Positions 54,405 through 64,000 of a stretch of DNA of 64,000 nt are shown here, piece by piece. Position 1 is the first letter of the stretch. Each line of letters starts with the position of its first letter. The position numbers and the translations under genes were made by a program. The stretch lies in the NCBI GenBank assembly GCA_015063545.1, contig SVTX01000005.1, forward strand, positions 1,247-65,246. Reading direction: 5' to 3'. This DNA comes from Oscillospiraceae bacterium (GTDB taxonomy: Bacteria; Bacillota; Clostridia; Oscillospirales; CAG-272). The notes below the pieces were generated by a model, which worked only from the letters and a program-made list of their open reading frames with translations, was not told where the DNA came from and searched no databases.

Positions 54405-57400
54405 ATGAAAAGAAGGAAACCTTTAAAGTTCAGAATGCTTGCGGCATTCGTTGCAGCGGTGATGTTAATAAATATAAACGTCTTGCCGCTATCTGCAGTA
54501 TTTGCCGCAGACAATGATGTTGTTAGTACCGGGGCAGCAAGCGCCAATATGTCGGAGGATCAGAACGCCAGACCGCCAACATCGGTTGATGACATAAAAA
54601 TACCTACGGTGAGCGAAAATCCGTATGACATCGAGATCCGACATAAGAATTATCCTGTATTTAATGATGACGGATTTGATTTCTTCCGAGGCGACGAAAA
54701 GGGCGGCTGGATCATGAGTTACGATCTTTTGACAAGCTACGGTACGCACTTCTCGCAGCCCGAAGGGGCAAGCCCGTATTATACGGCGGCTTTGACTCCG
54801 ATGTTTTCATACGAGGTTTACGAAGGTGCTACGGTTAAAAGCCAGCTCCCATACAGAGAGGGAAGAACGGATATGCTTCATTCCGAGCTGACGTTGACAA
54901 ACGGAACGATAGAAACCGGTTTTTATTCGCTTGACAGCTTTTTCCAACAGATCAATTCGCAATATGCGATCAATAAAGATCAGGTGTTTGTGAGAGTTGG
55001 AGCGACATTGCTTTCCGGACAAGGCAGGATCTACGTTAACGCCACCACATCGTATAGCGAGTACGGAAAAGTGAGTGACGGAGAAGCCAAAGAGTTTTGG
55101 GTAGACGTACCGCTTAATGAGGTTCACGAATGGACGCAGATATGGTTTGAAGCGTATGAGCCATCAAATGCATATCAGTCTGATGCCATTATGACGGATT
55201 TCTTCATAACGCTCGTGGACAACACTAACCCCACGGTGACGGGGATGACCGTTGAAAAGCAGATGCGCGATGAGCAGAATGCCGATCTCGTGATCAATAT
55301 GAAATTTAATGAGGGCATTCGAATCACATCTGACAGAGCATACGATCTATTGGATGATATATGGCTCTCGCTTGAGTTGCTTGATCTGAACACAGGCGAG
55401 AGATCAACAGTGCGGATGTATCTTGAAAAGCTGAACGACGACGGCACACTCACTTTCCGCGGCGATATCGGTCTTTATCATTACAAAAACTTCAGGGTAA
55501 GCAGAATAACCAAATTTAATATTCCGAGTGAGAATCAATGGCCAACTAGGGGAATGGTAGACCTTGCGGATGAATTTTATGTTAGTGCTTACGATAAAGT
55601 TGACTATGGCAACGACATAATTGAGATAGACACCATAGATAATCTCAGACAGCATAGATTTAATACCACGGTGCTATCCGACTACGCGAGCAACCCCATC
55701 AATACGGCAAGCGTAGTCAACTGGCAGTTTGGAAATCAGGTCTATATTTCAAACACGTTTGAGACAACTGAGCTGAGACTTTATACGGAGCAGACACTGA
55801 GAAAAACACAGCTTGCTGCCGAGGGTGAAAAAACCGAAGCGGAGCTTACCGATCAGTTTATCGGACCTTCAAGAACACTTATCGTGTACGCATACCTCGA
55901 TCAGACGCTAACGGATGAGGAAGCGAGCAAGGTTTGGCTTGAGCTTAACATCCTGCATCCCGACGGCACACCTGTCAAGGCATACGCGACCTCCTGGAGT
56001 CAGTACAAAATCGATGAACTTTATACCAACGGAAGCACCACGGCAACGCTTTTGAAATTTGAAAACATTAAGTTTACGGAAGGTATGATGCCGGAAATTG
56101 CAGAAGGTGAGGAGCCTGTTGTAAAGGTTGCAAGGCTTGGAGACGATATCGAGGATAAGACAGCATATCCCAATGTAAAGGATTCGGTGACAGATATATA
56201 CGCGGATTTCACAGGTCCTGAGGTGACGCTTCGTAAGTATGCGGCGTATTCAAACACAGAGAGTGATGGCGCCGAAGCAACGTCAACGAATTATAAGGTA
56301 AGCATTGCGATTGGAATAAAGGACGTCGAAAACTATACAAGATACGCAAATCTGATTGGAAGCAAGATGTTCGTAGAGCTTGGCGGCGGCGTAAGCAAGG
56401 ATACAAGCTTCAGATATATCCTTACGGATAACCCAACAGCCCCCGAAGCCGTTGAGGGTTACACGAGCATAGGAACTATCTCCAAGGACGGAAAATGGAG
56501 TGTTGGATCAACTACGTTGCTAAACAATTATACAGAGATGTATCTCCATGTACTGTTCGAGACCAACGACATCTACCTTGATGAGCTGTACGTTAACGTA
56601 ATAGCGGAGGATTCGGTCGGAAACAAAGCCGTTGAGGTTCCCACCGATATGCTTGACTATAAGATAGACGAGATAGCGCCGGAGATCAGGTACGAATACC
56701 GATATGCAAAAGCGGTAGACAACAATACGAATATTGAGGTCTACATAGGCGCATCCGCGACGGACAGCAGCGATATAGTTCAGATACTTTACAGTTGGGG
56801 AGAAAATCCCGATCAAATTATTACCGATCTGCCTGATTCTGTTATTTCCCAAAATGCAGAGTGGCAGACTGCGGTATTTGACAGGGGAACGGACATTACG
56901 GTTGAACTGATGAGGAAATTCGGAGACGGAACACCCGATTCGGATAAGATCTATTACGAAACGCTTTATATCAAGGCTGTTGATGAATACGGCAACGAAA
57001 GTGAGCCCGTTGCAATCAGTATCTCGGTAAGCCTGCAAAAGCCTGCTACGAATATGAGATTCGAGGGCAATATGAATGCGGTGAGCAGAGATCACAGGGT
57101 GATTGTCACAGTTCCCGATGCATCAATGTTTGATAATTCCGACGCGTATACGAGAGTGGCCGTAACGCCCTCGGGAAGTGAGTATTCCTACGTGACGCTG
57201 GTTAAAACGGGGGAGACCGCAAATATTCTTTCTTTCAAGGGACTTACATGGTACAAGGTCATACGTCAAGGAAATATTTACACTTACGTATCCGCCCCCG
57301 AATTTGTCGGAGAAGATTACGAGATCCACGAGAACAGTATTATGTACGATCTGTTTACCTACTACGGTGATATTAAGGTGTCCTTTGAAAACGGATACGG

Positions 57401-60400
57401 CGATATGGTACCCGTGCAGGGAGCACAGCTTAGCTCCACTGCAAGCATGGGAAGCTATATGGAGGATCAGAACTATCTGCTTCTGAGATTTGCTTCACCT
57501 TACGATACAGATCGCGTGATACACGGAGTTGATTTCGGAGCGATAATCGACAGAGATGACAACACCGTAGTCATAAACGCTGATAAGGGAAGCGATCCTT
57601 ATAAATTTAATGCTGTTCTCAAGGGTGTCAACCCGATGAGAAATACGCAGATACACTTCACGGTATCAAATATAGCAAAGCATGATTTCAAGCTTCTTGA
57701 TTTTGACTGGGCAGGCTCCTATGCAGAGCTTTACCGAGTGGGTGAGAACGGTGAAGCCGACGTGCTTGTAGAAAGACAGGACGGTCTTGCGGCAACCGCA
57801 TCGCAGTATTTCACGATCGGAAGCTTTACCGATGACGGAGAGTTCTTCGTTACAGGAGCATACTACCTTAAGGTAACGGTCAAGAGTAACGGCGGTCACT
57901 ATAACACCTACGAAAGCTCAAGACTTGTGCTTGACGCGCAGACGGCAGACAATGCGGGTGTATGGCAGTATTCAACGCAGGGATATACAACGCTGGATTC
58001 TATACGGGAAGAAACTTACATATGGCAGCGCAAGCAAGCCGAGAACGCTCCGTTTGAAAATATAGGTGTTGCGGTATCCACGGGCGGAGAGGTCATGCGA
58101 AGCAGAGTCTTTGCGGTATACTCATATGGAGTTACGGGACTTTCGCTTATCCTGGAGGCTCCGGGTGAGCAAAAGACCTATGAGGGACTTACGGTAGGAG
58201 CTATTGAAGGCTTCAGACTGTGGAATATTTTAAGTAATCCGACGGATGAAGAGATAAACGCGCAGGGCTTCTATAAGGATAGCACAGGAGAATACAAGAG
58301 TTATGTCGAGGGGCTCAGCGACATCTACACCGAGGAAACTATTCCCAAAGGTGAGAACGGATTTAATACTCTGTATTTTGTAAAGGGTGTCAATACCTTC
58401 TGCTATCAGATAAAGTTGGAAAACGGATACGTCTCACCTATCAGGCAATTTACAGTCGTCGTGAGCGATTACGTTCCGGAGCTGAATATCGCAATTGAAA
58501 ATTATCAGCCGTCCCACAAAATATCCCAAAAAGACGGAGTGGTCAACGCAAGTTATATACGCTTCCTTGTTGAGACGGCATATTCACTCAACGGTACGGG
58601 CAAGGTTGACGTTGACGTCTGGACTGACTACGGAATGAACGTCGGTATATACAACGAATCAACCAACAGCTACAGTGAGGTGTTCGCCCCTGACCCGTCT
58701 CCCAATTATTTAGGCGTTTTGGGAACACTTGAATTGCCGGACGGACATAGGCTGAAGGTCGGAGATTACGTTGATTTCACTCAGAACAGCTACACGTCGC
58801 AATTTCCGAAGTATAACAACCGTTGCACCGCAACGTTCGTTGCAAGAGATGAATACGGCGCGATCACGATAGTAGCGCCGCAGATCGGAGATCAAAAGAG
58901 AATTGGAAATCTTGACGGTGACTATGATGACGACGGCAACATTCTGGCTTACACGAACGAGTTGAATATTGATTATTACGGCTCCTATTTCGATGATCCA
59001 TTTACAGTTGGAGATAGCTGGACCGCATGGAGAAAAGCCTACAATCAGCCCCAATATTTCGGTGCGCAGCTGCTCGGATTCAACACTCATCTTCGACATA
59101 ACACCGAGGAAGGGGAATACGATTACGAGCTTCTGGAATCAGCGGATGGGGATCTGATGTACAATCTATTCAATATTGTGACGAATGATATCCAATGGGC
59201 ATCATCCAACATAGTTTCACGTCCCGTTGATAGCACTGTATCGATAAATTATTTCAACGGAAATAATTTCGAGCTGATACGTTGGCAGGATGCGACAGTT
59301 ACCTTCAGCGGAGGAGACCTTAAAGATGAGGTCACGCTTGCCCTCGGTGGCGAGGAAAATACGGTAGGGTATATGGGAGCAAGCATATGGAAGCATGAGA
59401 ACAGAAATGCTTTAAGTTTGCGCATTGCATTCCCCAAAGCCGACGAGGAGCATCCTGCGGGAACAAAGATCACGAGAAATTATAAAATAAGCAGTTATAA
59501 CATTTACGGCAAACATTTCGAGACCGAAGGAACCGTAGACCTTTATTACATTGATTACAGCACGAGTGTAAGCATGAAGCCATACGGCGCAGAGGTATAT
59601 TTCTCCTTCGGCACGGCAGAATACGGTACTTCAATGAGAACGGGAATTTTCAACGCGGGTGATTACACGGTTGAAGTGACCGACAACTACGGAAATAGGT
59701 ACACGATACTTTATAAGGTCGATGCCGATTTCGATCCCGGAACGGCAATAAGCTATTCCGAGTATAATGATACCCCCGATGCGGTAACGGTTACGATAAG
59801 CCGTCCGGGAAGTCAGGTTTACGTTGACATTACAAATTACGCGATAATGTCTGTAGAAAATAACGGCACAGATACCGTAAAGGTGACGCTTACCGATAAC
59901 ACAAATTTCTCCTACCGTTATCTTGATAGCGACGGAGCAGAGCGAATGTTCATACTTACCGTTGACAATATCAAGAAACCTAACGTTCGTCCCGTTTGGA
60001 ATTATAATCTTGAGGATGTAAACAAAAAGGATGACGGCACGAAATACCGATACGGTGAAGTCACAGTTTACCTTACAGATCCGAATTTCAGTCTCATAGA
60101 CAAGTATTCTGGTAAAATTCCGAGCTTTACCTTCACACCCGACGGCGAAAAGTCCTACACCTTCAGGGCGCAGGACATTGAAGCCCGTCTCGGTGATAAG
60201 ACGGTAGCTATTGAGCATGATATAACGGTAGCGCTTGATATTGAGCTTTATCCGACACCCGATCCATTAGGTCTTAATGTTGAGGATAAGGAAACGCCTA
60301 ACGTTCAGGTGCTTGCTTACGCCAACAGAGGCGGATACTATTTTGAAAGCAAGCTGGCGCTTCAGCTTGAAAATGCCCGTCATTCAACGGCTCTTGTGGA

Positions 60401-62327
60401 TTATAAGAACTACAAAGTATTTGAGTTCGTCGGTGCGAGAGCAAACGCGTCTGAGCTTATCAAATACGTGGGATGGAGCACATCCTACCGCTTCGAGATC
60501 GAGACGGTGGATATGAGCAGAGTAAGGCTCTTTATAAAAGAAGGACTTTACGCGTCACCTCCCGATTATGAGACAGGTATCAGCGACGTTATTGAAGGAG
60601 TAGAGCTTAATTCCAAGCTTCTCACGGTTACAAAAAATGCGAAATTCACGTTGTTCGTGGTTGACTCAAAGAATAACGCATCGTCAATAGCCTTCGATGT
60701 AAATAATCTGGGCGAGGCGCCAATACCCGAAATCGTTAAGGTAACCGTAAGCAACGACGAGATAAGAGGATATATCATTCCTCCGGAGGACGTGCTTGAT
60801 TTTGAAATAATCGGAACGATGGGTGTCAAGACGGACCTCGATACAAGCAGTGACTATTTTGGATACAGTTATATTGAGTACACCTCAAATGATAATTATA
60901 CCGTAAGTTACACATTGGAATATAACGGTGTTAAGGTAAACGGTTCAATAGACGTATCGATCACAGAAATTAACCTCAGAGAGATATCAATTGTCGATAA
61001 CGGCATTGTCTGGTCGGCAAATAAGGCATCCGAGGCGACACCGCACAATATCACGGCAACGGTAGCGCTGACCGAGGAGGTCAAGGAAATAAAGATAGTC
61101 GGAGAATATGATGAGGATGTACTTTCATTCTATATTTCAGGCAATCAGGTCATCCTGACCTATAAGGAAAATCACCCCGAAGTTGAGTTCCGCTGCTACG
61201 CCGAAAACGGCAGCTCAGTCACCGTAAGGCTTGACGCGGTCGAGAACATCGACAGAAGCGCGCCGGAGATAAAGGTGGTAAGCAAAGAGCTCGCGGCTAA
61301 CGGAAAATCCTTGATACTCACGCTTTCCTCAAATGAAAGAGCGATTTTCAAGGAGGGCGGCTACTTTGGAGAAGCGATAACCGATGAAAACGGCAATACG
61401 CTTTACTACTACACGAGAAAGATCACCGCTAACGGCATATACTCATATACATTCAGCGACGTATCGGGTATTATGACGACGGTGGAGGTCGAGATCACAG
61501 AAATTGTGACCGATGAGCTTGAGGTGCAGTACAGCACATCAATTGACGGAAATGATCCTCAAAGCGATCCCTCAACTCTTGATCTGATGATAGGCGACAA
61601 GGTATATCTCAACCCGAACAGAGACGCGACGGTCGAGATGTCTGGCGGCGATACGGTGATGATCAAGAAGGGAGAATGGAATGAAATAACCATTCCCGAT
61701 GCATTCGGTGGATTGCTTCCTTATTTCGTTATTACAGACGAGTACGGCAACGCACTGACGCATCAGTTCTCAATGATAGAGGTTCCCGATACTACGGCGC
61801 CCGATATCGTGGTTGCAAAAAAGATATACTCAATAAGAGTGGGCGCTGACAGAGAACAGATCGAACGCGAGCTTCTTGCGAACTTTGCCGCGTATGACGA
61901 CGATGGCGGAGAGGTTACACTCTCGGTCAAGTTTACCGAAAATATTGACATGATAGGTGTTACCGAGGTCGAATACATAGCGACAGACAGCGCGGGCAAC
62001 AGCGCATCGGTCAAGGAAAAGCTTCGCATCACGTCAATCTATGAGCCGGAAGTATATTACGGCGAGCAAAAGCTTTCACGAGGTGACGGACTTATAGTGA
62101 GCGCGGATAGCGCGCCGGATCTCGTTGTGAATTGCAACGGAGTTGCGTACGCGGTCAAGATAAAATCGGGAATCAGGACCGAAGCGCAGATGAAGGACGG
62201 TATTACCGTCACGGACTATACCAAGGAAGAAAACATATCCTTGGGACAACTCGAAAAAGGCATATATACAATATGCATCATAACACAGGAGAGGGATTAT
62301 TTCAAGATCCTCATATCTGTGGAATAA
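54405..62327 (+). CDS. giant secreted protein (2640 aa), mostly unassigned; Ig-like (DUF5011/HYR-like) module near the C-terminus
   Basis: RBS AGGAGG. Signal peptide MKRRKPLKFRMLAAFVAAVMLININVLPLSAVFA/ADN. Repeated D..(A/G/N)P(E/D/T)(I/V) domain-start motifs. The segment at about 61780-62040 (TAPDIVVAKK...AYDDDGGEVT...VEYIATDSAGNSA) resembles bacterial Ig-like DUF5011. Confidence 0.8.
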   Translation: MKRRKPLKFRMLAAFVAAVMLININVLPLSAVFAADNDVVSTGAASANMSEDQNARPPTSVDDIKIPTVSENPYDIEIRHKNYPVFNDDGFDFFRGDEKGGWIMSYDLLTSYGTHFSQPEGASPYYTAALTPMFSYEVYEGATVKSQLPYREGRTDMLHSELTLTNGTIETGFYSLDSFFQQINSQYAINKDQVFVRVGATLLSGQGRIYVNATTSYSEYGKVSDGEAKEFWVDVPLNEVHEWTQIWFEAYEPSNAYQSDAIMTDFFITLVDNTNPTVTGMTVEKQMRDEQNADLVINMKFNEGIRITSDRAYDLLDDIWLSLELLDLNTGERSTVRMYLEKLNDDGTLTFRGDIGLYHYKNFRVSRITKFNIPSENQWPTRGMVDLADEFYVSAYDKVDYGNDIIEIDTIDNLRQHRFNTTVLSDYASNPINTASVVNWQFGNQVYISNTFETTELRLYTEQTLRKTQLAAEGEKTEAELTDQFIGPSRTLIVYAYLDQTLTDEEASKVWLELNILHPDGTPVKAYATSWSQYKIDELYTNGSTTATLLKFENIKFTEGMMPEIAEGEEPVVKVARLGDDIEDKTAYPNVKDSVTDIYADFTGPEVTLRKYAAYSNTESDGAEATSTNYKVSIAIGIKDVENYTRYANLIGSKMFVELGGGVSKDTSFRYILTDNPTAPEAVEGYTSIGTISKDGKWSVGSTTLLNNYTEMYLHVLFETNDIYLDELYVNVIAEDSVGNKAVEVPTDMLDYKIDEIAPEIRYEYRYAKAVDNNTNIEVYIGASATDSSDIVQILYSWGENPDQIITDLPDSVISQNAEWQTAVFDRGTDITVELMRKFGDGTPDSDKIYYETLYIKAVDEYGNESEPVAISISVSLQKPATNMRFEGNMNAVSRDHRVIVTVPDASMFDNSDAYTRVAVTPSGSEYSYVTLVKTGETANILSFKGLTWYKVIRQGNIYTYVSAPEFVGEDYEIHENSIMYDLFTYYGDIKVSFENGYGDMVPVQGAQLSSTASMGSYMEDQNYLLLRFASPYDTDRVIHGVDFGAIIDRDDNTVVINADKGSDPYKFNAVLKGVNPMRNTQIHFTVSNIAKHDFKLLDFDWAGSYAELYRVGENGEADVLVERQDGLAATASQYFTIGSFTDDGEFFVTGAYYLKVTVKSNGGHYNTYESSRLVLDAQTADNAGVWQYSTQGYTTLDSIREETYIWQRKQAENAPFENIGVAVSTGGEVMRSRVFAVYSYGVTGLSLILEAPGEQKTYEGLTVGAIEGFRLWNILSNPTDEEINAQGFYKDSTGEYKSYVEGLSDIYTEETIPKGENGFNTLYFVKGVNTFCYQIKLENGYVSPIRQFTVVVSDYVPELNIAIENYQPSHKISQKDGVVNASYIRFLVETAYSLNGTGKVDVDVWTDYGMNVGIYNESTNSYSEVFAPDPSPNYLGVLGTLELPDGHRLKVGDYVDFTQNSYTSQFPKYNNRCTATFVARDEYGAITIVAPQIGDQKRIGNLDGDYDDDGNILAYTNELNIDYYGSYFDDPFTVGDSWTAWRKAYNQPQYFGAQLLGFNTHLRHNTEEGEYDYELLESADGDLMYNLFNIVTNDIQWASSNIVSRPVDSTVSINYFNGNNFELIRWQDATVTFSGGDLKDEVTLALGGEENTVGYMGASIWKHENRNALSLRIAFPKADEEHPAGTKITRNYKISSYNIYGKHFETEGTVDLYYIDYSTSVSMKPYGAEVYFSFGTAEYGTSMRTGIFNAGDYTVEVTDNYGNRYTILYKVDADFDPGTAISYSEYNDTPDAVTVTISRPGSQVYVDITNYAIMSVENNGTDTVKVTLTDNTNFSYRYLDSDGAERMFILTVDNIKKPNVRPVWNYNLEDVNKKDDGTKYRYGEVTVYLTDPNFSLIDKYSGKIPSFTFTPDGEKSYTFRAQDIEARLGDKTVAIEHDITVALDIELYPTPDPLGLNVEDKETPNVQVLAYANRGGYYFESKLALQLENARHSTALVDYKNYKVFEFVGARANASELIKYVGWSTSYRFEIETVDMSRVRLFIKEGLYASPPDYETGISDVIEGVELNSKLLTVTKNAKFTLFVVDSKNNASSIAFDVNNLGEAPIPEIVKVTVSNDEIRGYIIPPEDVLDFEIIGTMGVKTDLDTSSDYFGYSYIEYTSNDNYTVSYTLEYNGVKVNGSIDVSITEINLREISIVDNGIVWSANKASEATPHNITATVALTEEVKEIKIVGEYDEDVLSFYISGNQVILTYKENHPEVEFRCYAENGSSVTVRLDAVENIDRSAPEIKVVSKELAANGKSLILTLSSNERAIFKEGGYFGEAITDENGNTLYYYTRKITANGIYSYTFSDVSGIMTTVEVEITEIVTDELEVQYSTSIDGNDPQSDPSTLDLMIGDKVYLNPNRDATVEMSGGDTVMIKKGEWNEITIPDAFGGLLPYFVITDEYGNALTHQFSMIEVPDTTAPDIVVAKKIYSIRVGADREQIERELLANFAAYDDDGGEVTLSVKFTENIDMIGVTEVEYIATDSAGNSASVKEKLRITSIYEPEVYYGEQKLSRGDGLIVSADSAPDLVVNCNGVAYAVKIKSGIRTEAQMKDGITVTDYTKEENISLGQLEKGIYTICIITQERDYFKILISVE

Positions 62328-62357
62328 CCCATTAAATAAACCCGGGAGGTTTACATT

Positions 62358-64000
62358 ATGAAAAAGATAATTACAAAAATAGTAACCGTGCTGTTGGCGC
62401 TGACAATAATCTTTGCGTCATTACCCCTTTATGCATTCGCGATTGAAGGGAATCGACAGAACGGAGAAGTGTCCGAAAATGTAGATTCTCTCGGGTATTT
62501 TGAACTCAACGACGGCTATGTGTCTGTCAGAATCTCCAAGAAAAACGGTGGATACTATATATCCACCGTTGAGGGAGACGTGATCACAAAATCCGATAAC
62601 AATTCGGATCTGGTCTACTCCGACGAGATATACGACACCTCGTTTACATCCTTCCGCGTAACACGCGACGGGAAGGCGCAGGACTACATATTCGGACGTG
62701 ACTATTCTCATCTTGGAATAGCCACATCCGATGTAGTCGTGTATAAATCCGCCGACAACGCGGTGGTAGCCGAATGGACGGTAGACGGAATTCTCATAAA
62801 ACAGACCGTAGCATTGATGGGTGCGGATACTTATCAGCACGGTATGGCGTATATAGCTTATTCCGCAACCAACACATCCGATAAGCCGGTTGACAGTATC
62901 AAGGCAAGAGTTATGATAGACACAGCTCTCGGTCAGACCGATTACGCGTACTATATGCTCGCGCAGAATGACGGAAGCTACATTCCCGTTGAAGAAGAGA
63001 AGACTGTCAAAGGCTCTGATTACTACAATTATTTTTTCTCATACGACGACAAGACTTCTCCAAATGTCACAGCGTATACTCTTAACGCAAGTATCGACGG
63101 CGAGAATATAGTTCCCGAAAAAGTGACGTTTGCTCATTGGTATAATCTCGCATCAAATGTTTTTGATTATACCCCCTCTGTCGATGAACCTTTGAAATTT
63201 ACAGAGCTTTACGGAAGCATAGACCATCTTACACAGGACAGCGCGGTGGCGATGTATTACGATATGTCCTCGCTCGCAAGCTCCGAAAGCTCTACCGTAG
63301 CGCTTTACTACGGTGTTTACTCCAATTATAACGCAGGCGATGCCGACGTCGCGCTTAATTTCACATCGTCGGGAGCTATGTTCTTTAACGAGGACGAAAC
63401 GGCTTATAAAGATCTCAACGGAGAGCTTCCCGGAAATTTCTCGGCAACATTTAAAGTACAGAACATTGCAGATAACGATATCTCAAAGCTTACGGTAGCA
63501 ATATATCCCGAGGAAGAAATATATCCTCATAACGGAAACAGCTTCGTTACCGATTATTCGGTCACCAATCCTTATTACAAGGAGATAACCGAATTGAAGG
63601 TAGGTGAGGTTAATGATGTTCGATTCGATTTCAAGATCGATCCTACCTATGCTACGGGATACAGAAAAATAAAGATAGTTATTTATAACACGAGCGCGCA
63701 AAACACCCTTGGTGACGAGAATACGATACTTGAAGACGAGTTTTACGTTCTTTGTCCCGGCGCGCAGAGCGCGGAGATCGGATTTACGGGCATGACTCCT
63801 GAGTCAGTGTTTGTGAAGGGAATGAGATACGCGTATATTACGGGTACAAATTTTGGACTTATAAGAGATAAGTCACAGTACAGAATAATTCTTCGCCCGC
63901 AGAACGGAGGAGAGGACGTCGTTCTTGATCAGGATAAGGTGGTCATAAACACCGAGCTTAACACAGCAACGCTTGTGCTTGATATGGAGCTTGATGCTAC
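62358..64000 (+). CDS. large secreted protein, 5' part only (runs off the window)
   Basis: Not in the supplied ORF track. My manual translation from ATG 62358 (RBS GGGAGG) stays open to 64000. Signal peptide MKKIITKIVTVLLALTIIFASLPLYAFA/IEG. Confidence 0.7.
   Translation, partial: MKKIITKIVTVLLALTIIFASLPLYAFAIEGNRQNGEVSENVDSLGYFELNDGYVSVRISKKNGGYYISTVEGDVITKSDNNSDLVYSDEIYDTSFTSFRVTRDGKAQDYIFGRDYSHLGIATSDVVVYKSADNAVVAEWTVDGILIKQTVALMGADTYQHGMAYIAYSATNTSDKPVDSIKARVMIDTALGQTDYAYYMLAQNDGSYIPVEEEKTVKGSDYYNYFFSYDDKTSPNVTAYTLNASIDGENIVPEKVTFAHWYNLASNVFDYTPSVDEPLKFTELYGSIDHLTQDSAVAMYYDMSSLASSESSTVALYYGVYSNYNAGDADVALNFTSSGAMFFNEDETAYKDLNGELPGNFSATFKVQNIADNDISKLTVAIYPEEEIYPHNGNSFVTDYSVTNPYYKEITELKVGEVNDVRFDFKIDPTYATGYRKIKIVIYNTSAQNTLGDENTILEDEFYVLCPGAQSAEIGFTGMTPESVFVKGMRYAYITGTNFGLIRDKSQYRIILRPQNGGEDVVLDQDKVVINTELNTATLVLDMELDA

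Noticed and set aside
58900-58945. Dockerin/EF-hand-like Ca-binding loop (NLDGDYDDDGN) in the 2640-aa protein.
   Set aside because: It is a single occurrence without the paired-repeat dockerin architecture. That is insufficient to call a domain.

Overview
The window looks like chromosomal DNA from a Firmicutes/Clostridia-type anaerobe. Evidence for this is the conserved block nusB-xseA-xseB-ispA-tlyA-nadK-argR-recN, the rplU-prp-rpmA and rpsF-ssb-rpsR operons, a CwlD-like amidase, and many perfect TTGACA-17-TATAAT promoters. I recognised no rRNA, tRNA, CRISPR array, transposase or integrase.

About two thirds of the window is housekeeping: translation, DNA repair, argS, guaB, and an eight-gene aryl-acetate/indolepyruvate-oxidoreductase operon on the minus strand.

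Two accessory loci stand out.

(1) 24.8-39.9 kb is a tightly packed seven-gene plus-strand operon in which every product appears membrane-anchored. It encodes:
- a CvpA-like protein;
- two small membrane proteins;
- a 1129-aa chimera (signal-less GH3-like module, TM hairpin, degenerate AAA+ domain);
- a TM-tethered McrB/AAA_5-like NTPase that is the intact paralogue of that degenerate domain;
- a surface transglutaminase-core protein carrying a (PSEW/PSEF)x23 repeat;
- a 1698-aa MBG-repeat fibre protein with a (PDN)15 repeat.
I cannot assign this combination to any described system, and it is my best candidate for something new.

(2) 52.4-64.0 kb holds a regulator with an HTH at each end, a small unknown protein, a 2640-aa secreted protein with almost no recognisable domains, and a further large secreted protein that runs off the window.

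Smaller items are a pair of related long imperfect-palindrome intergenic elements, a 206-bp-period duplication of the guaB 3' end and terminator, and candidate ribosomal-protein leaders.

All family assignments come from motif recognition by eye. No searches were run.
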